Below, in pieces: positions 7,823 to 16,304 of a DNA stretch of 30,340 nucleotides. The notes below the pieces were generated by a model, which made no database searches, had not been told where the DNA came from, and was given only the letters and a program-made list of their open reading frames with translations. Position 1 is the stretch's first letter; each line of letters begins with the position of its first letter. The stretch lies in sequence record BK067783.1. One strand, given 5' to 3'. Made by a program: the position numbers and the translations under genes.

Positions 7823-7980
7823 CTTCCGATTACCTTCAATTTAACATGTTTACAAGTCATTCAATGACCTATGGGCGAAAGCCGAATATTATCATATTTC
7901 ATGAACGTAGCGAGAATGACAAGCTTCTAGTCACGTCTAAGAGACAAAACCTTTTCTAGAACCTTTATATAATTATAACC

Positions 7981-9945
7981 ATGCCTGATGATTTTAGTAA
8001 GCCTCCACCTAATAGAACCGCAGAGCAAAACGCAGCTAAACAAGGTGCGCAATTATCAGCACAACAACAAGCACAAAGGCAACAACAGATAAAGTCACAA
8101 GATGTAACTAAAACAAGAGAGCAAGCACCCGGTGCTATTCAATCAGGATCAGAACAAGAAACTTTTGTTAGACAAGAAGCAGCTAAAGCAGAACAACAAA
8201 AAATGGTAGAAGGTGGATATGGAAAAGGTGCTACCAAAGATCAATATGCAGGAGCTAGGGAAGCAGCTCTTAAAGCTGGTTCGTTTAGTTATTCAACGCA
8301 GACACCAGCAAGCTTACCAAGTACAATAAACAAGGAAGGAAAAACAACAGTTAGAAACCAAGACCTTTACAAAGGCGCACCAATACAAATTCAAAAACCA
8401 AAAGAAGAAACCGTAACCATATCAACGCCAAAAGGATCAAGAACAGTAACAGGTGAACAAGCTCTCATATCAAGATTGAAAACAAATTATGCAAGTGCAA
8501 CACCACCGCAACAAAAACAATCATCATCAACACAAAAGACACAAGGCACACCACAATCAAATCAAATCAATTCCATTCTAAGACAGAATTTATCCAACAA
8601 AGAAGGACAAGCAGCTAGTGATATTTCAGGCAAGACAGAACCAGAAGCAGTTCCATTTTTATCTTTAAAATCTCCAATTAAAGTATCTGTTGTTCCTGTA
8701 AAAGCTGGTGAAACATTCAAGACAAGAGGAAGAGGTGCTTCTGGTGCAAAAACAGGTCAAAAGGTACAAATTATTATTCCAGAACAACAAGGAACAAAAG
8801 AAATTCCTGCTACATCAATAATAGATGTTTTACAATTTGCACCAATAGGAGGAATAGGTTTAGGTGGAGCTAGAGCAGCTTTGAGAGGAACAGGATCAAT
8901 AGTTGGTACAATAAAATCTACACCAGAAGTTTTCAAAACTGGTCAAGGATTGGAAAGAGTTTCAAGTCAAGCTATCACAGTACCAAAAGGAGTAAAGCCA
9001 CCAGAAGAAACCCTATTAGGTAAAGTTCAAGCTGCCTTTTCTAAACCACAACCTAAAGCAGAAACAAAACCACCTCAACAATTTACTAGTACCGAGATAT
9101 CATTAGGAAGAGGAACAGGTAAAGAACCAGAAGGTAAAGGTGGCGTATTATCTGGAAAGGGAACAGGTGGAGGAACTAAACCAAGTGGAGGAACACCAAA
9201 AGAAACCACGTCAAGATCAGGTCAAGTATTACAACAGATAGAAAAGGAAAAAGAACCAAAGACTACAACCAAGACTACAACCAAAACAGAACAAATCAAT
9301 AAAGCTATAACAAGAGAAAAAGAACCTACAACCACAAAAGCTAGATCCAAAGTAAAACCAGAAACAACAGAAGAACAAATCCCTATATTACTAACAAGAC
9401 CACCTAGCACTAGAACAACACCAAAAGAAACAAGACGTAATCCACTTGTTCCAGTTATACCAATATCAGTTCCAGCACCACCACAACCAAAGACAAAACC
9501 AAAGGAAGAGGAAAGATTAGGAATTGTAGATCTATTACAAACACAAAAAAATATACAAACACCAAAGCAAGGAACAGAACAAACAACAATCTTTGATACA
9601 TTACAAACTCAAGTAACAAGACAAACACCAAAGCAGACACAAGAACCAATAACATTTTCTGATCTAGTTTATACAGAAAAAGGAGGTGGAGAAACACCAA
9701 AGGCAGGCGCAGAGTTTGGAGGGCTTGGTGGAAATCCTGGATTGATAGGTAAAGTATCTAGTGGAGGATCAAAGAAAAATTATCTAGGCAATGTTCCAAT
9801 AGATGATATCATAGGAATAGGAAAACAGGAAGAATTAACTTACAAAGAATCAACAATCAAAACAAGATCACAGGCAGAAGAAAGGAGAGCTTCATCAGGT
9901 AGTTTTGTAGGATCTCCACAAAAAGGGAAGGTTAAATTCTTTTGA
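7981..9945 (+). CDS. Large low-complexity Q/T/K/P/G-rich protein, likely disordered
   Basis: 654 aa, no Cys or Trp, strongly biased composition. Confidence 0.8.
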   Translation: MPDDFSKPPPNRTAEQNAAKQGAQLSAQQQAQRQQQIKSQDVTKTREQAPGAIQSGSEQETFVRQEAAKAEQQKMVEGGYGKGATKDQYAGAREAALKAGSFSYSTQTPASLPSTINKEGKTTVRNQDLYKGAPIQIQKPKEETVTISTPKGSRTVTGEQALISRLKTNYASATPPQQKQSSSTQKTQGTPQSNQINSILRQNLSNKEGQAASDISGKTEPEAVPFLSLKSPIKVSVVPVKAGETFKTRGRGASGAKTGQKVQIIIPEQQGTKEIPATSIIDVLQFAPIGGIGLGGARAALRGTGSIVGTIKSTPEVFKTGQGLERVSSQAITVPKGVKPPEETLLGKVQAAFSKPQPKAETKPPQQFTSTEISLGRGTGKEPEGKGGVLSGKGTGGGTKPSGGTPKETTSRSGQVLQQIEKEKEPKTTTKTTTKTEQINKAITREKEPTTTKARSKVKPETTEEQIPILLTRPPSTRTTPKETRRNPLVPVIPISVPAPPQPKTKPKEEERLGIVDLLQTQKNIQTPKQGTEQTTIFDTLQTQVTRQTPKQTQEPITFSDLVYTEKGGGETPKAGAEFGGLGGNPGLIGKVSSGGSKKNYLGNVPIDDIIGIGKQEELTYKESTIKTRSQAEERRASSGSFVGSPQKGKVKFF

Positions 9946-10004
9946 AATTCCAAGAAAACAAGATAAATCTAGGCAAAGGAAAGCTTACTATAATAAAAGA
10001 TAAA

Positions 10005-10100
10005 TCAATGGTAGATAGAATAGCTGTAAGCAAACATTCCTAACATAACCAAAGAACCTACAACTGCAATACCAATTCTAATCTTTAAATCACGATTCAT
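10005..10100 (-). CDS. Single-TM micro-protein, 31 aa (not in track)
   Basis: MNRDLKIRIGIAVVGSLVMLGMFAYSYSIYH; starts 2 nt after the upstream stop. Confidence 0.5.
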   Translation of the reverse strand: MNRDLKIRIGIAVVGSLVMLGMFAYSYSIYH

Positions 10101-10102
10101 TT

Positions 10103-10561
10103 CTAACCAGTAAGATCCGAGTAATCCCTTTTATCTTTTTTACCTACTGCACTATCCATAACCGAACTAGCTCTATCATACGAATGCCTAGAATCTTTTT
10201 TCTTACGTGGTCTTTCTTGATGCATTGGAGATCCCTCAGAACCAACAACAGATCTTAAAATCTTCCAACCATCAAGACCTTTCTTCTTGGTTACTTCTTT
10301 TGCTTCTGCAATATCTTTCATCAATAAAGCTCTGTCTCTTTCTAGTTTTAATTGTTCAATCTCTTCCTTTGTAGCTGGAGCTAAAGTATTCTTGTTACGT
10401 TTCTCATCACGCCACTTTTCAATTCTGCCTGATATAATACCGCGATAAACCTTAACAGGAGTATCTAGTTTCTTCAAACATAACATGCATCTTTCAAATC
10501 CCGGTTCTTTTGGAAGCTCTTTACATTGTTTACACAAATCTTCTTTTGGTATATTATTCAT
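10103..10561 (-). CDS. Zinc-finger/coiled-coil protein (start revised to 10561)
   Basis: CKQC...CMLC; ATGA overlap with the upstream micro-ORF. Confidence 0.7.
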   Translation of the reverse strand: MNNIPKEDLCKQCKELPKEPGFERCMLCLKKLDTPVKVYRGIISGRIEKWRDEKRNKNTLAPATKEEIEQLKLERDRALLMKDIAEAKEVTKKKGLDGWKILRSVVGSEGSPMHQERPRKKKDSRHSYDRASSVMDSAVGKKDKRDYSDLTG

Positions 10562-10656
10562 TGTGATAACAAACCCGTGTGCGTTATTCTTTCTTTTTGT
10601 GTACATTCTTCACACCAAAATTTTAAACTTTCTATACCACAATTCCAACATTTCAT
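10558..10656 (-). CDS. Zinc-ribbon micro-protein, 32 aa (not in track)
   Basis: MKCWNCG...WCEEC; minus-strand TATA about 30 nt upstream. Confidence 0.65.
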   Translation of the reverse strand: MKCWNCGIESLKFWCEECTQKERITHTGLLSQ

Positions 10657-10751
10657 TATCTCTAATAAAAGACTAGAACTTAATAAAGTATGTATGTATC
10701 ATATATCACACAACAATTCTTAAATAGTACAATCTTATAGAACAGTATATC

Positions 10752-11135
10752 ATGGAGTATGGAACGATAATAGTTTTATTCTTAGGTATTTCAATAATGA
10801 TCCTTCCTTCAATTTATACTGAATTACTTCCATGTTCAAACATACTAAACATGAATCAGGAACAGGCAAATTATTATCTCAAAACAAATCCACAATACAA
10901 AACAACAGTAGAAGCTTATTTAGATTGTAGCGGTTCATATACATATATTCCCATAAGTGGATTCGTAGGAGGAATTTTATTTATAGTGTTTGCTATGTTT
11001 ACTCCATATCTAAAATCAAATCAAAACATCAAATGCTTCCAATGTAAAGTAATTCACGATAAGGAAGAAGGAACAGATTATAACGGTAACTGGTTATGCA
11101 AAGATTGCTTGAAGGAATTAACATATGACAAATAA
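10752..11135 (+). CDS. Two-TM protein with C-terminal zinc finger
   Basis: TM-C-x30-C-TM, then CFQC...CKDC; TATA at 10720. Confidence 0.75.
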   Translation: MEYGTIIVLFLGISIMILPSIYTELLPCSNILNMNQEQANYYLKTNPQYKTTVEAYLDCSGSYTYIPISGFVGGILFIVFAMFTPYLKSNQNIKCFQCKVIHDKEEGTDYNGNWLCKDCLKELTYDK

Positions 11136-11589
11136 GAAACCTAGATATTGCAAGTGTGGACATCTATCACATCCAACACATGACACACCTAAATCATTTT
11201 TAGGATTTAAATATCAAGCTAGAAGGGGATGCAACGGAATAAGAAAGATAAATGAAACTACATCTATACCATGCGAATGTAAAAGATTCTTACTTGAAAG
11301 TTATCCTACAAAATATGATAGAATAAGTACATATGTGCTACTTGGATTTGGTATATTTGCCATAGGAATATTTCTATTTACAGCTTACGGAACATCTACA
11401 ATATTAGAGTGTAAAGATCCAACATGTATAAAAATATTAGAAGAAAAAACTTTTACAGAAGGGCAAGCTTTATCGTTTGCCTTTCTGGCTTTTCTATTGA
11501 TTAGTGTCTGGCTTTTTAATTTGTTCTCAGGAGTTATCTTTGATCATAGATACATGTGTAAGAGAGAGAAACGAGATCATCAGGAATAA
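11125..11589 (+). CDS. Zinc-finger plus two-TM protein
   Basis: CKCGH..H...C...CEC N-terminus; two TMs. Confidence 0.75.
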   Translation: MTNKKPRYCKCGHLSHPTHDTPKSFLGFKYQARRGCNGIRKINETTSIPCECKRFLLESYPTKYDRISTYVLLGFGIFAIGIFLFTAYGTSTILECKDPTCIKILEEKTFTEGQALSFAFLAFLLISVWLFNLFSGVIFDHRYMCKREKRDHQE

Positions 11590-11633
11590 ACACTAGACAA
11601 ATATTTAATTATTAGGTATTCTAACGTAGAATT

Positions 11634-11769
11634 AACCAACCATTGAAATTACTGGTAAGAGTGATCCCCCTCACTTTTACCAGTAGTTGTTTGTAACATT
11701 TCATAACACAATAATTCTTTTATAGCTCAATGTTTTAACAGTCTTTACAAATGAAGGGGGAAAATAACT
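11634..11769 (+). promoter_or_regulatory. Structured 5' leader (D) with 18-bp hairpin and loop-to-SD pseudoknot
   Basis: TATA at 11604 (+30 = 11634); stem 11647-11664/11671-11688 with two G-U pairs; loop TCCCCC complementary to GGGGGA at 11756-11761 before the TTG start. Confidence 0.6.
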
Positions 11770-12225
11770 TTGATTAAAAACAGAAACTATGATCCAAAAT
11801 TATTCATAGTAAGCAGACACACAGTTGATGTGGCTTTGCTTCCCGGTGTGGGAAGATTTTGTAAATGTGGTTGTGGAAATAAAATCGATTCAAGACGAGT
11901 AACAAGAATAAGAAACGGTAAAGCTATATCATACATATTAAAACCAGATCCAGATCAAGTATTTTTTAGAAAGAATTGCAAATTTAAATATTATAATATG
12001 ATTAATTCACACAAATCTAAATCTAGTCTTAGTTGTCTGATCAGTCTAAAAGTAATTAATGACATAATACCTTACAGAGTTTTAACATTATACATATCAA
12101 AGAATTCTAAAGAGAATTACAAGATAACACCAGAACATAAGGAACTATGGAATACATTAGAAAAGCTTTCCAGATATTCCTATCAACAAACACCATTAAG
12201 AACACATGTGATGATCAACCAATGA
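11770..12225 (+). CDS. Protein with CxCGCG zinc motif, first gene of the MTase/HNH operon
   Basis: CKCGCG...FRKNC. Confidence 0.7.
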   Translation: MIKNRNYDPKLFIVSRHTVDVALLPGVGRFCKCGCGNKIDSRRVTRIRNGKAISYILKPDPDQVFFRKNCKFKYYNMINSHKSKSSLSCLISLKVINDIIPYRVLTLYISKNSKENYKITPEHKELWNTLEKLSRYSYQQTPLRTHVMINQ

Positions 12226-12238
12226 GAAAGGAAAGATT

Positions 12239-12541
12239 ATGTTAGTTCAGCAAAGACCATCATGGACATGCAAGAATCCAAGATGTACAGAACAAATAGA
12301 ATTTGGGAGTTATTGTCCAGCTTGTATCAAGTTAGTTATTGGTAAAAAACTACCTGATAGTATAATATGTAAAAAGTGTAGTAAAGAAGTCAAAGTAAGA
12401 AACCTTACTAATGATTTAAAAAGGAAGAAACAATATTGTGATGATTGTTATAAAATACTAAATAGAGCAAGAGCTTTAATACATTACTATGATATAAAAA
12501 GAAAAACGAATCTTAACAGTTTCTTAAAGGGGAATGTATGA
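12239..12541 (+). CDS. Double zinc-finger protein
   Basis: CKNPRC...CPAC and CKKC...CDDC. Confidence 0.75.
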   Translation: MLVQQRPSWTCKNPRCTEQIEFGSYCPACIKLVIGKKLPDSIICKKCSKEVKVRNLTNDLKRKKQYCDDCYKILNRARALIHYYDIKRKTNLNSFLKGNV

Positions 12542-12738
12542 AAATTACAAAACATAGCTCAACATTCGTAATAACTGCTTTGACATATGCTAAAATGAAA
12601 CGCAATAGTGCTACATTCCCTAACTGTTATTATTGTATTATAAAACTAGAAATTGGTGATTTAATACATAGCAAGCCAGGAGAAAGTAAACGTCATTATT
12701 ACCATAAAAAATGTGCGGAAATGGTTCATCTGATATGA
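12538..12738 (+). CDS. LIM/PARP-like small zinc-finger protein
   Basis: CYYC...YHKKC. Confidence 0.65.
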   Translation: MKITKHSSTFVITALTYAKMKRNSATFPNCYYCIIKLEIGDLIHSKPGESKRHYYHKKCAEMVHLI

Positions 12739-13454
12739 ATAAACAAGTTCTCAAATGTGGTCATACAGAAAAGGATCATGAAAAAATAAAGTGTAGAGGT
12801 ATAAGAACAAAGCTAGATAGAATAAACGAAGAGAAACCATTAACAGTAAAAAACAGATGGAATCAATTAACCATATCTTTACCAAGAATAGATGATAAGA
12901 AAAGATGGGCAGGCTACGCAGGGATAACAGGCATTTCTAAAAAGATAGCTGCCATAATTCCAAAATCAAAAATATATGTTGAACCGTTTGCAGGCACGGT
13001 CAAAGTAATGCAAGAATTAAGAAAGATAGATAAGAGCTTTGCATTTGCTATATTAAATGATACGTCGGATTTTGTTTGTAATTGGTTATCAACTAACTTT
13101 GATGATGCTAGAATATCAGTCACCAATGAAGACTTTGCAGACTGTATTAAAAATAATGATTCTAAAGACACCTTCTTTCTAATAGATCAACCTTGGAATC
13201 GTTCTCTTTATGATCAAATGTACAGCTCTTTTAATAGAGTATCAGTGGCAGCTTATGATAATGAAGTAATAGAGATATGCCAAAAGATAAAAGGCAAGTT
13301 CATTATAACAACCAGAAAAGAAAACGAGAGGATGTTTAAATCAGGTTTCAATAATTATTTAATAAAAAGTGATTATGTTTTATCTGGTCATTATCCTAAA
13401 GTATTACTAACGACAAATATGAAACTGAGGGGATTAGATATTGCCAAGAGGTAA
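12735..13454 (+). CDS. D12-class N6-adenine DNA methyltransferase-like protein (start revised to 12735)
   Basis: YAGITGISKKI, YVEPFAG (motif I), ILND, FFLIDQPW (motif IV variant of DPPY). Confidence 0.75.
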   Translation: MNKQVLKCGHTEKDHEKIKCRGIRTKLDRINEEKPLTVKNRWNQLTISLPRIDDKKRWAGYAGITGISKKIAAIIPKSKIYVEPFAGTVKVMQELRKIDKSFAFAILNDTSDFVCNWLSTNFDDARISVTNEDFADCIKNNDSKDTFFLIDQPWNRSLYDQMYSSFNRVSVAAYDNEVIEICQKIKGKFIITTRKENERMFKSGFNNYLIKSDYVLSGHYPKVLLTTNMKLRGLDIAKR

Positions 13455-13602
13455 TACGGTTTCAGAGGTTATTACACAAATCTGTAAGGAGTGCGGAAAA
13501 CAATTTTTTAACAATGGAAGAAACGCACAAAAGATCAAATGGTTTTGTTCTAGCTATTGCTGTTCTAAATATTGGAATCGTATTTGGAGGTTGAAGAAAT
13601 GA
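13441..13602 (+). CDS. Zinc-finger micro-protein, 53 aa (not in track)
   Basis: CKECGKQF...FCSSYC. Confidence 0.7.
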   Translation: MPRGNTVSEVITQICKECGKQFFNNGRNAQKIKWFCSSYCCSKYWNRIWRLKK

Positions 13603-13742
13603 GTGGTGCAAGATTAACATATTATGATCCTGATCTGAAATACACTACTAATTGTTTTCAAGGCAGACATAAAAAATGTCATGGGAATTTTGGAAGGTGT
13701 GAATGTGAATGCCATAAGAGGTATAATAATGATAATCAATAA
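13599..13742 (+). CDS. CxCxCH-family micro-protein, 47 aa (not in track)
   Basis: NCFQGRHKKCHGNFGRCECECH. Confidence 0.65.
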   Translation: MSGARLTYYDPDLKYTTNCFQGRHKKCHGNFGRCECECHKRYNNDNQ

Positions 13743-14208
13743 CAAGAAAAAACATTATGCAGACAAGCTAGTTACTCCATCATATCTGTTTAATCTATCT
13801 CAAAAGAAATACAATATTAAATGTAATATTGATGTAGCTGCCGATGCAAAAAATACAAAATGTAAAAGATTTATTGATAGAAAAAAGGACTATCTTAAGC
13901 AATTTGATTTTAAACGAACTGATATTCTATGGGGAAATTTCCCACATTCAAAGCAAAAAGAATTTGTAATACATACAGTCAAAGTATGCAAGAAAAACAA
14001 ATGCAGAGCATTATTATTATTACCTATTAATGTTCTAACTTCAGCTTATGCTATAAAATATTTATTACCTGTTATCAAATTTACAAAGAAGATGATAATT
14101 CCTGGAAGGCATAAATTTCTATCTCCAAGATCACTAAAAATATCTAAACAACCTTCTGTAAATGGATATGTATCTTGTTACATTCCAAATAGGAGATCAA
14201 AACAATGA
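13729..14208 (+). CDS. Phage Dam-family N6-adenine methyltransferase-like protein (start revised to 13729)
   Basis: TP..LF; IDVAADAKNTKC; WGNFPHS (NPPY variant); LLLP. Confidence 0.75.
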   Translation: MIINNKKKHYADKLVTPSYLFNLSQKKYNIKCNIDVAADAKNTKCKRFIDRKKDYLKQFDFKRTDILWGNFPHSKQKEFVIHTVKVCKKNKCRALLLLPINVLTSAYAIKYLLPVIKFTKKMIIPGRHKFLSPRSLKISKQPSVNGYVSCYIPNRRSKQ

Positions 14209-14336
14209 TAAGTAATTTTATAATCGGAATAGGATTATGTATCATAGGATTCTCAGGTGTCATATTTGGATATTATGAACATCTAAAGGAAATTCTTAAA
14301 ACAATGAAAGAGGAAAGGGATAGATTTGAAAAGTAA
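14205..14336 (+). CDS. Single-TM micro-protein, 43 aa (not in track)
   Basis: MISNFIIGIGLCIIGFSGVIFGYY...; ATGA overlap. Confidence 0.6.
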   Translation: MISNFIIGIGLCIIGFSGVIFGYYEHLKEILKTMKEERDRFEK

Positions 14337-14436
14337 AGCTTGCAAGAATCATATTCACACAGAATGTATGGATAAGAATTGTGATTGTGACTGTCATGGT
14401 TACAAATCAAATCATCATATGGAGATAGCAGCTTGA
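14326..14436 (+). CDS. CxCxCH-family micro-protein, 36 aa (not in track)
   Basis: ACKNHIHTECMDKNCDCDCH; TTG start. Confidence 0.6.
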   Translation: MKSKACKNHIHTECMDKNCDCDCHGYKSNHHMEIAA

Positions 14437-14582
14437 ACAGATTTGTAAACGAAGCAAGAAAGAAAACAGAAAGAAATTTTGATGCGCCAAAGCTAGATTA
14501 TATACAAATTAATTCTGGTATTAAATGGTATAAGACATTAAATTCCTATGACGGTTTAGAAGCCTGGTTGGAGTGGTATTAA
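14433..14582 (+). CDS. Micro-protein, 49 aa (not in track)
   Basis: TTGA overlap at start and TAATG overlap with the HNH gene. Confidence 0.55.
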   Translation: MNRFVNEARKKTERNFDAPKLDYIQINSGIKWYKTLNSYDGLEAWLEWY

Positions 14583-15085
14583 TGACATCACACCTTAATG
14601 GAGATGAAATAAAAAGAATTAGAACAGAGCTTAGAGAAAAGCATGGCGAAGTATGTACTAGATGTAGTAAGACTCCAAGAGATCTAAATGTACCTAATCT
14701 AGAATGTCATGAAGTAAAATATGAAAGACCTTTGAGAATAGAAAACTTTGCTTTTCTATGTCATGGATGTAATAGACTAAAAGAACTAAGAAAAAATGAA
14801 ATAATGAATAGAGAGCTATCTGCTTCACACAAGAAAAATATTGAATCAAAACCATTATTTGAAAGATGGTTAAGAACCACTTTACAAGAAAATAATCATC
14901 ATTATCTAATGAGTGAAGTAATAGCTAGCGGATCATATGTATCTGATTGTAACGTAATGACGGTTAAAAGATGGTTAGAATCTCTCACTTCACGAGCTGC
15001 ACCTTATTGCATAGCACCTAATGAGTATGGTCGTATGCATGTATGGGAAAGAGAATTTGTACCATCAAAAGAAGATCTAATTTAA
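14582..15085 (+). CDS. HNH endonuclease domain fused to a C-terminal winged-helix-like domain
   Basis: CTRC...ECHE...IEN...LCHGCN. C-terminal helical region (MTVKRWLESLTS) is wHTH-like by inference. Confidence 0.7.
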   Translation: MTSHLNGDEIKRIRTELREKHGEVCTRCSKTPRDLNVPNLECHEVKYERPLRIENFAFLCHGCNRLKELRKNEIMNRELSASHKKNIESKPLFERWLRTTLQENNHHYLMSEVIASGSYVSDCNVMTVKRWLESLTSRAAPYCIAPNEYGRMHVWEREFVPSKEDLI

Positions 15086-15248
15086 AAAGTCGAGTAGAAT
15101 CTACTCGATTGTGTGTGTACACCTACACCTTTTGTTCCATTCCTAGACAAGAAACTAAATATTTCCACTAGGTAGAGTAGAATTTAAAAAATCGAGTAGA
15201 TTACATTCGATTGTGTGTGTATGTGTGTGTTTAAAAAAAGCACACACA
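15079..15248. repeat. Two 41-bp direct repeats with dyad, TG tracts and hairpin (candidate origin or tandem promoters)
   Basis: 15079-15119 vs 15181-15221 are 36/41 identical; perfect dyad TCGAGTAGA-A-TCTACTCGA at 15090-15108; hairpin 15222-15230/15240-15248. Confidence 0.85.
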
Positions 15249-15350
15249 GACAAAAGAGTACGGTAACAATTACAGTACAATATAAAGATACACAAATGTT
15301 TCCAGTCTAGGCATGAAAACTTTAAAGCATATCAGATACAAAATTATATC

Positions 15351-15491
15351 ATGGATAATTGTTACATATGTAATGACCAGGCACATCTAAAATGTAATGT
15401 ATGTAATAGTAAAGTATGCAAAGAACATTACTTGTTTCATGGAACAAAGTGTATCGTTTATACGACTACAAAATTTGAACGCACCAGGTAA
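15351..15491 (+). CDS. Zinc-finger micro-protein, 46 aa (not in track)
   Basis: CYIC...CNVC...CKEH; TATA at 15321, 30 nt upstream. Confidence 0.7.
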   Translation: MDNCYICNDQAHLKCNVCNSKVCKEHYLFHGTKCIVYTTTKFERTR

Positions 15492-15548
15492 TCTGTATCA
15501 TTCCATGACATACAAGTATCTATTAGCTGGTGGATATTATAGAATACC

Positions 15549-15749
15549 ATGAGTAATAAAAAGCTCTCTTATTATCAAAGGCACAGAGATTGGGTATTGA
15601 TAGGATTGATGTGTTTAGCCTTACCATCGATATTTGATATTTCAACTAATTACATTCCACTTTATATTAAAATTCCCATGTCAATAATTGGTATTTTTAG
15701 CATGGTATATTTCTTCAAAGATGATAACAAAGAGGGTTCTAAACAATGA
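15549..15749 (+). CDS. Two-TM membrane protein
   Basis: Two hydrophobic segments. Confidence 0.65.
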   Translation: MSNKKLSYYQRHRDWVLIGLMCLALPSIFDISTNYIPLYIKIPMSIIGIFSMVYFFKDDNKEGSKQ

Positions 15750-15955
15750 ATGTATTTATACTAGAAGCATTTGCAATAATGATTCTAACTGCATTTGGAT
15801 TTTATTTCTTTACTGGTAGACTATCATTTGGTAGAGATACAAAGAATTGTTTTAATTGTGACAAACCATTAGAAAATAAGAAAGCTAGACTGTGTAATGC
15901 CTGTTATAATAGGAATCTTGATCTGTTACCTAAGGGATGGAGTAACACAAAATGA
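15746..15955 (+). CDS. TM plus zinc-finger protein
   Basis: N-terminal TM; CFNC...CNAC. Confidence 0.7.
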   Translation: MNVFILEAFAIMILTAFGFYFFTGRLSFGRDTKNCFNCDKPLENKKARLCNACYNRNLDLLPKGWSNTK

Positions 15956-16113
15956 AAATAAAGCTACGCAACTCTACAGAGATAGAAATGTGGTTTGATG
16001 GTAAGAAAAGGAACATGCAAGAAAAGGATATAATAACTTCTATCTTGGTACTTCGTGCCTTAGTTGAAATAGAAGATGATACAAAAACAAAGGTGAGGAT
16101 TGTAAAGATATGA
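15952..16113 (+). CDS. Micro-protein, 53 aa (not in track)
   Basis: ATGA overlaps at both ends. Confidence 0.65.
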   Translation: MKIKLRNSTEIEMWFDGKKRNMQEKDIITSILVLRALVEIEDDTKTKVRIVKI

Positions 16114-16304
16114 ATATTATTCTAAAATTAATCAATTACATTGATTCAAAGAAAGAATCTAATCCAAAGCTATTCAAATTTCTTTTAATATGTTTATGGT
16201 TAGTTGCACCAGCTGAGATGTTATGTATAAGATTGGGATGGTTTGGATTTAAGAAATTGCAAAAGAAATTCTATTTTAACTCAACATTAGAGAAATTGAA
16301 ATGA
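16110..16304 (+). CDS. Small membrane-associated protein
   Basis: ORF track; hydrophobic core. Confidence 0.6.
   Translation: MNIILKLINYIDSKKESNPKLFKFLLICLWLVAPAEMLCIRLGWFGFKKLQKKFYFNSTLEKLK

Noticed and set aside
7822-7980. Structured RNA upstream of the 654-aa gene (GGC-GAAA-GCC, GTCATTC/GAATGAC)
   Set aside because: Stems are short, a 46-codon + strand ORF also fits, and promoter orientation is ambiguous; support is insufficient.
9259-9286. Tandem repeat AAGACTACAACC
   Set aside because: A simple coding repeat (KTTT) in a low-complexity protein.
9222-9700. Antisense ORFs 9222..9410 and 9455..9700 (also 1117..1356, 12914..13171, 19980..20387, 24884..25162, 27667..27912, 29123..29383, 29534..29803)
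   Set aside because: Shadow frames opposite well-supported genes, produced by compositional bias.
15079-15221. CRISPR mini-array
   Set aside because: Only two repeats, 5 mismatches inside the dyad, a 61-nt spacer and no cas genes.
15130-15320. Orc1/Cdc6 ORB boxes (TTCCA motifs near 15135, 15163, 15300)
   Set aside because: They lack correctly spaced GAAA and the G-string; only a partial resemblance.
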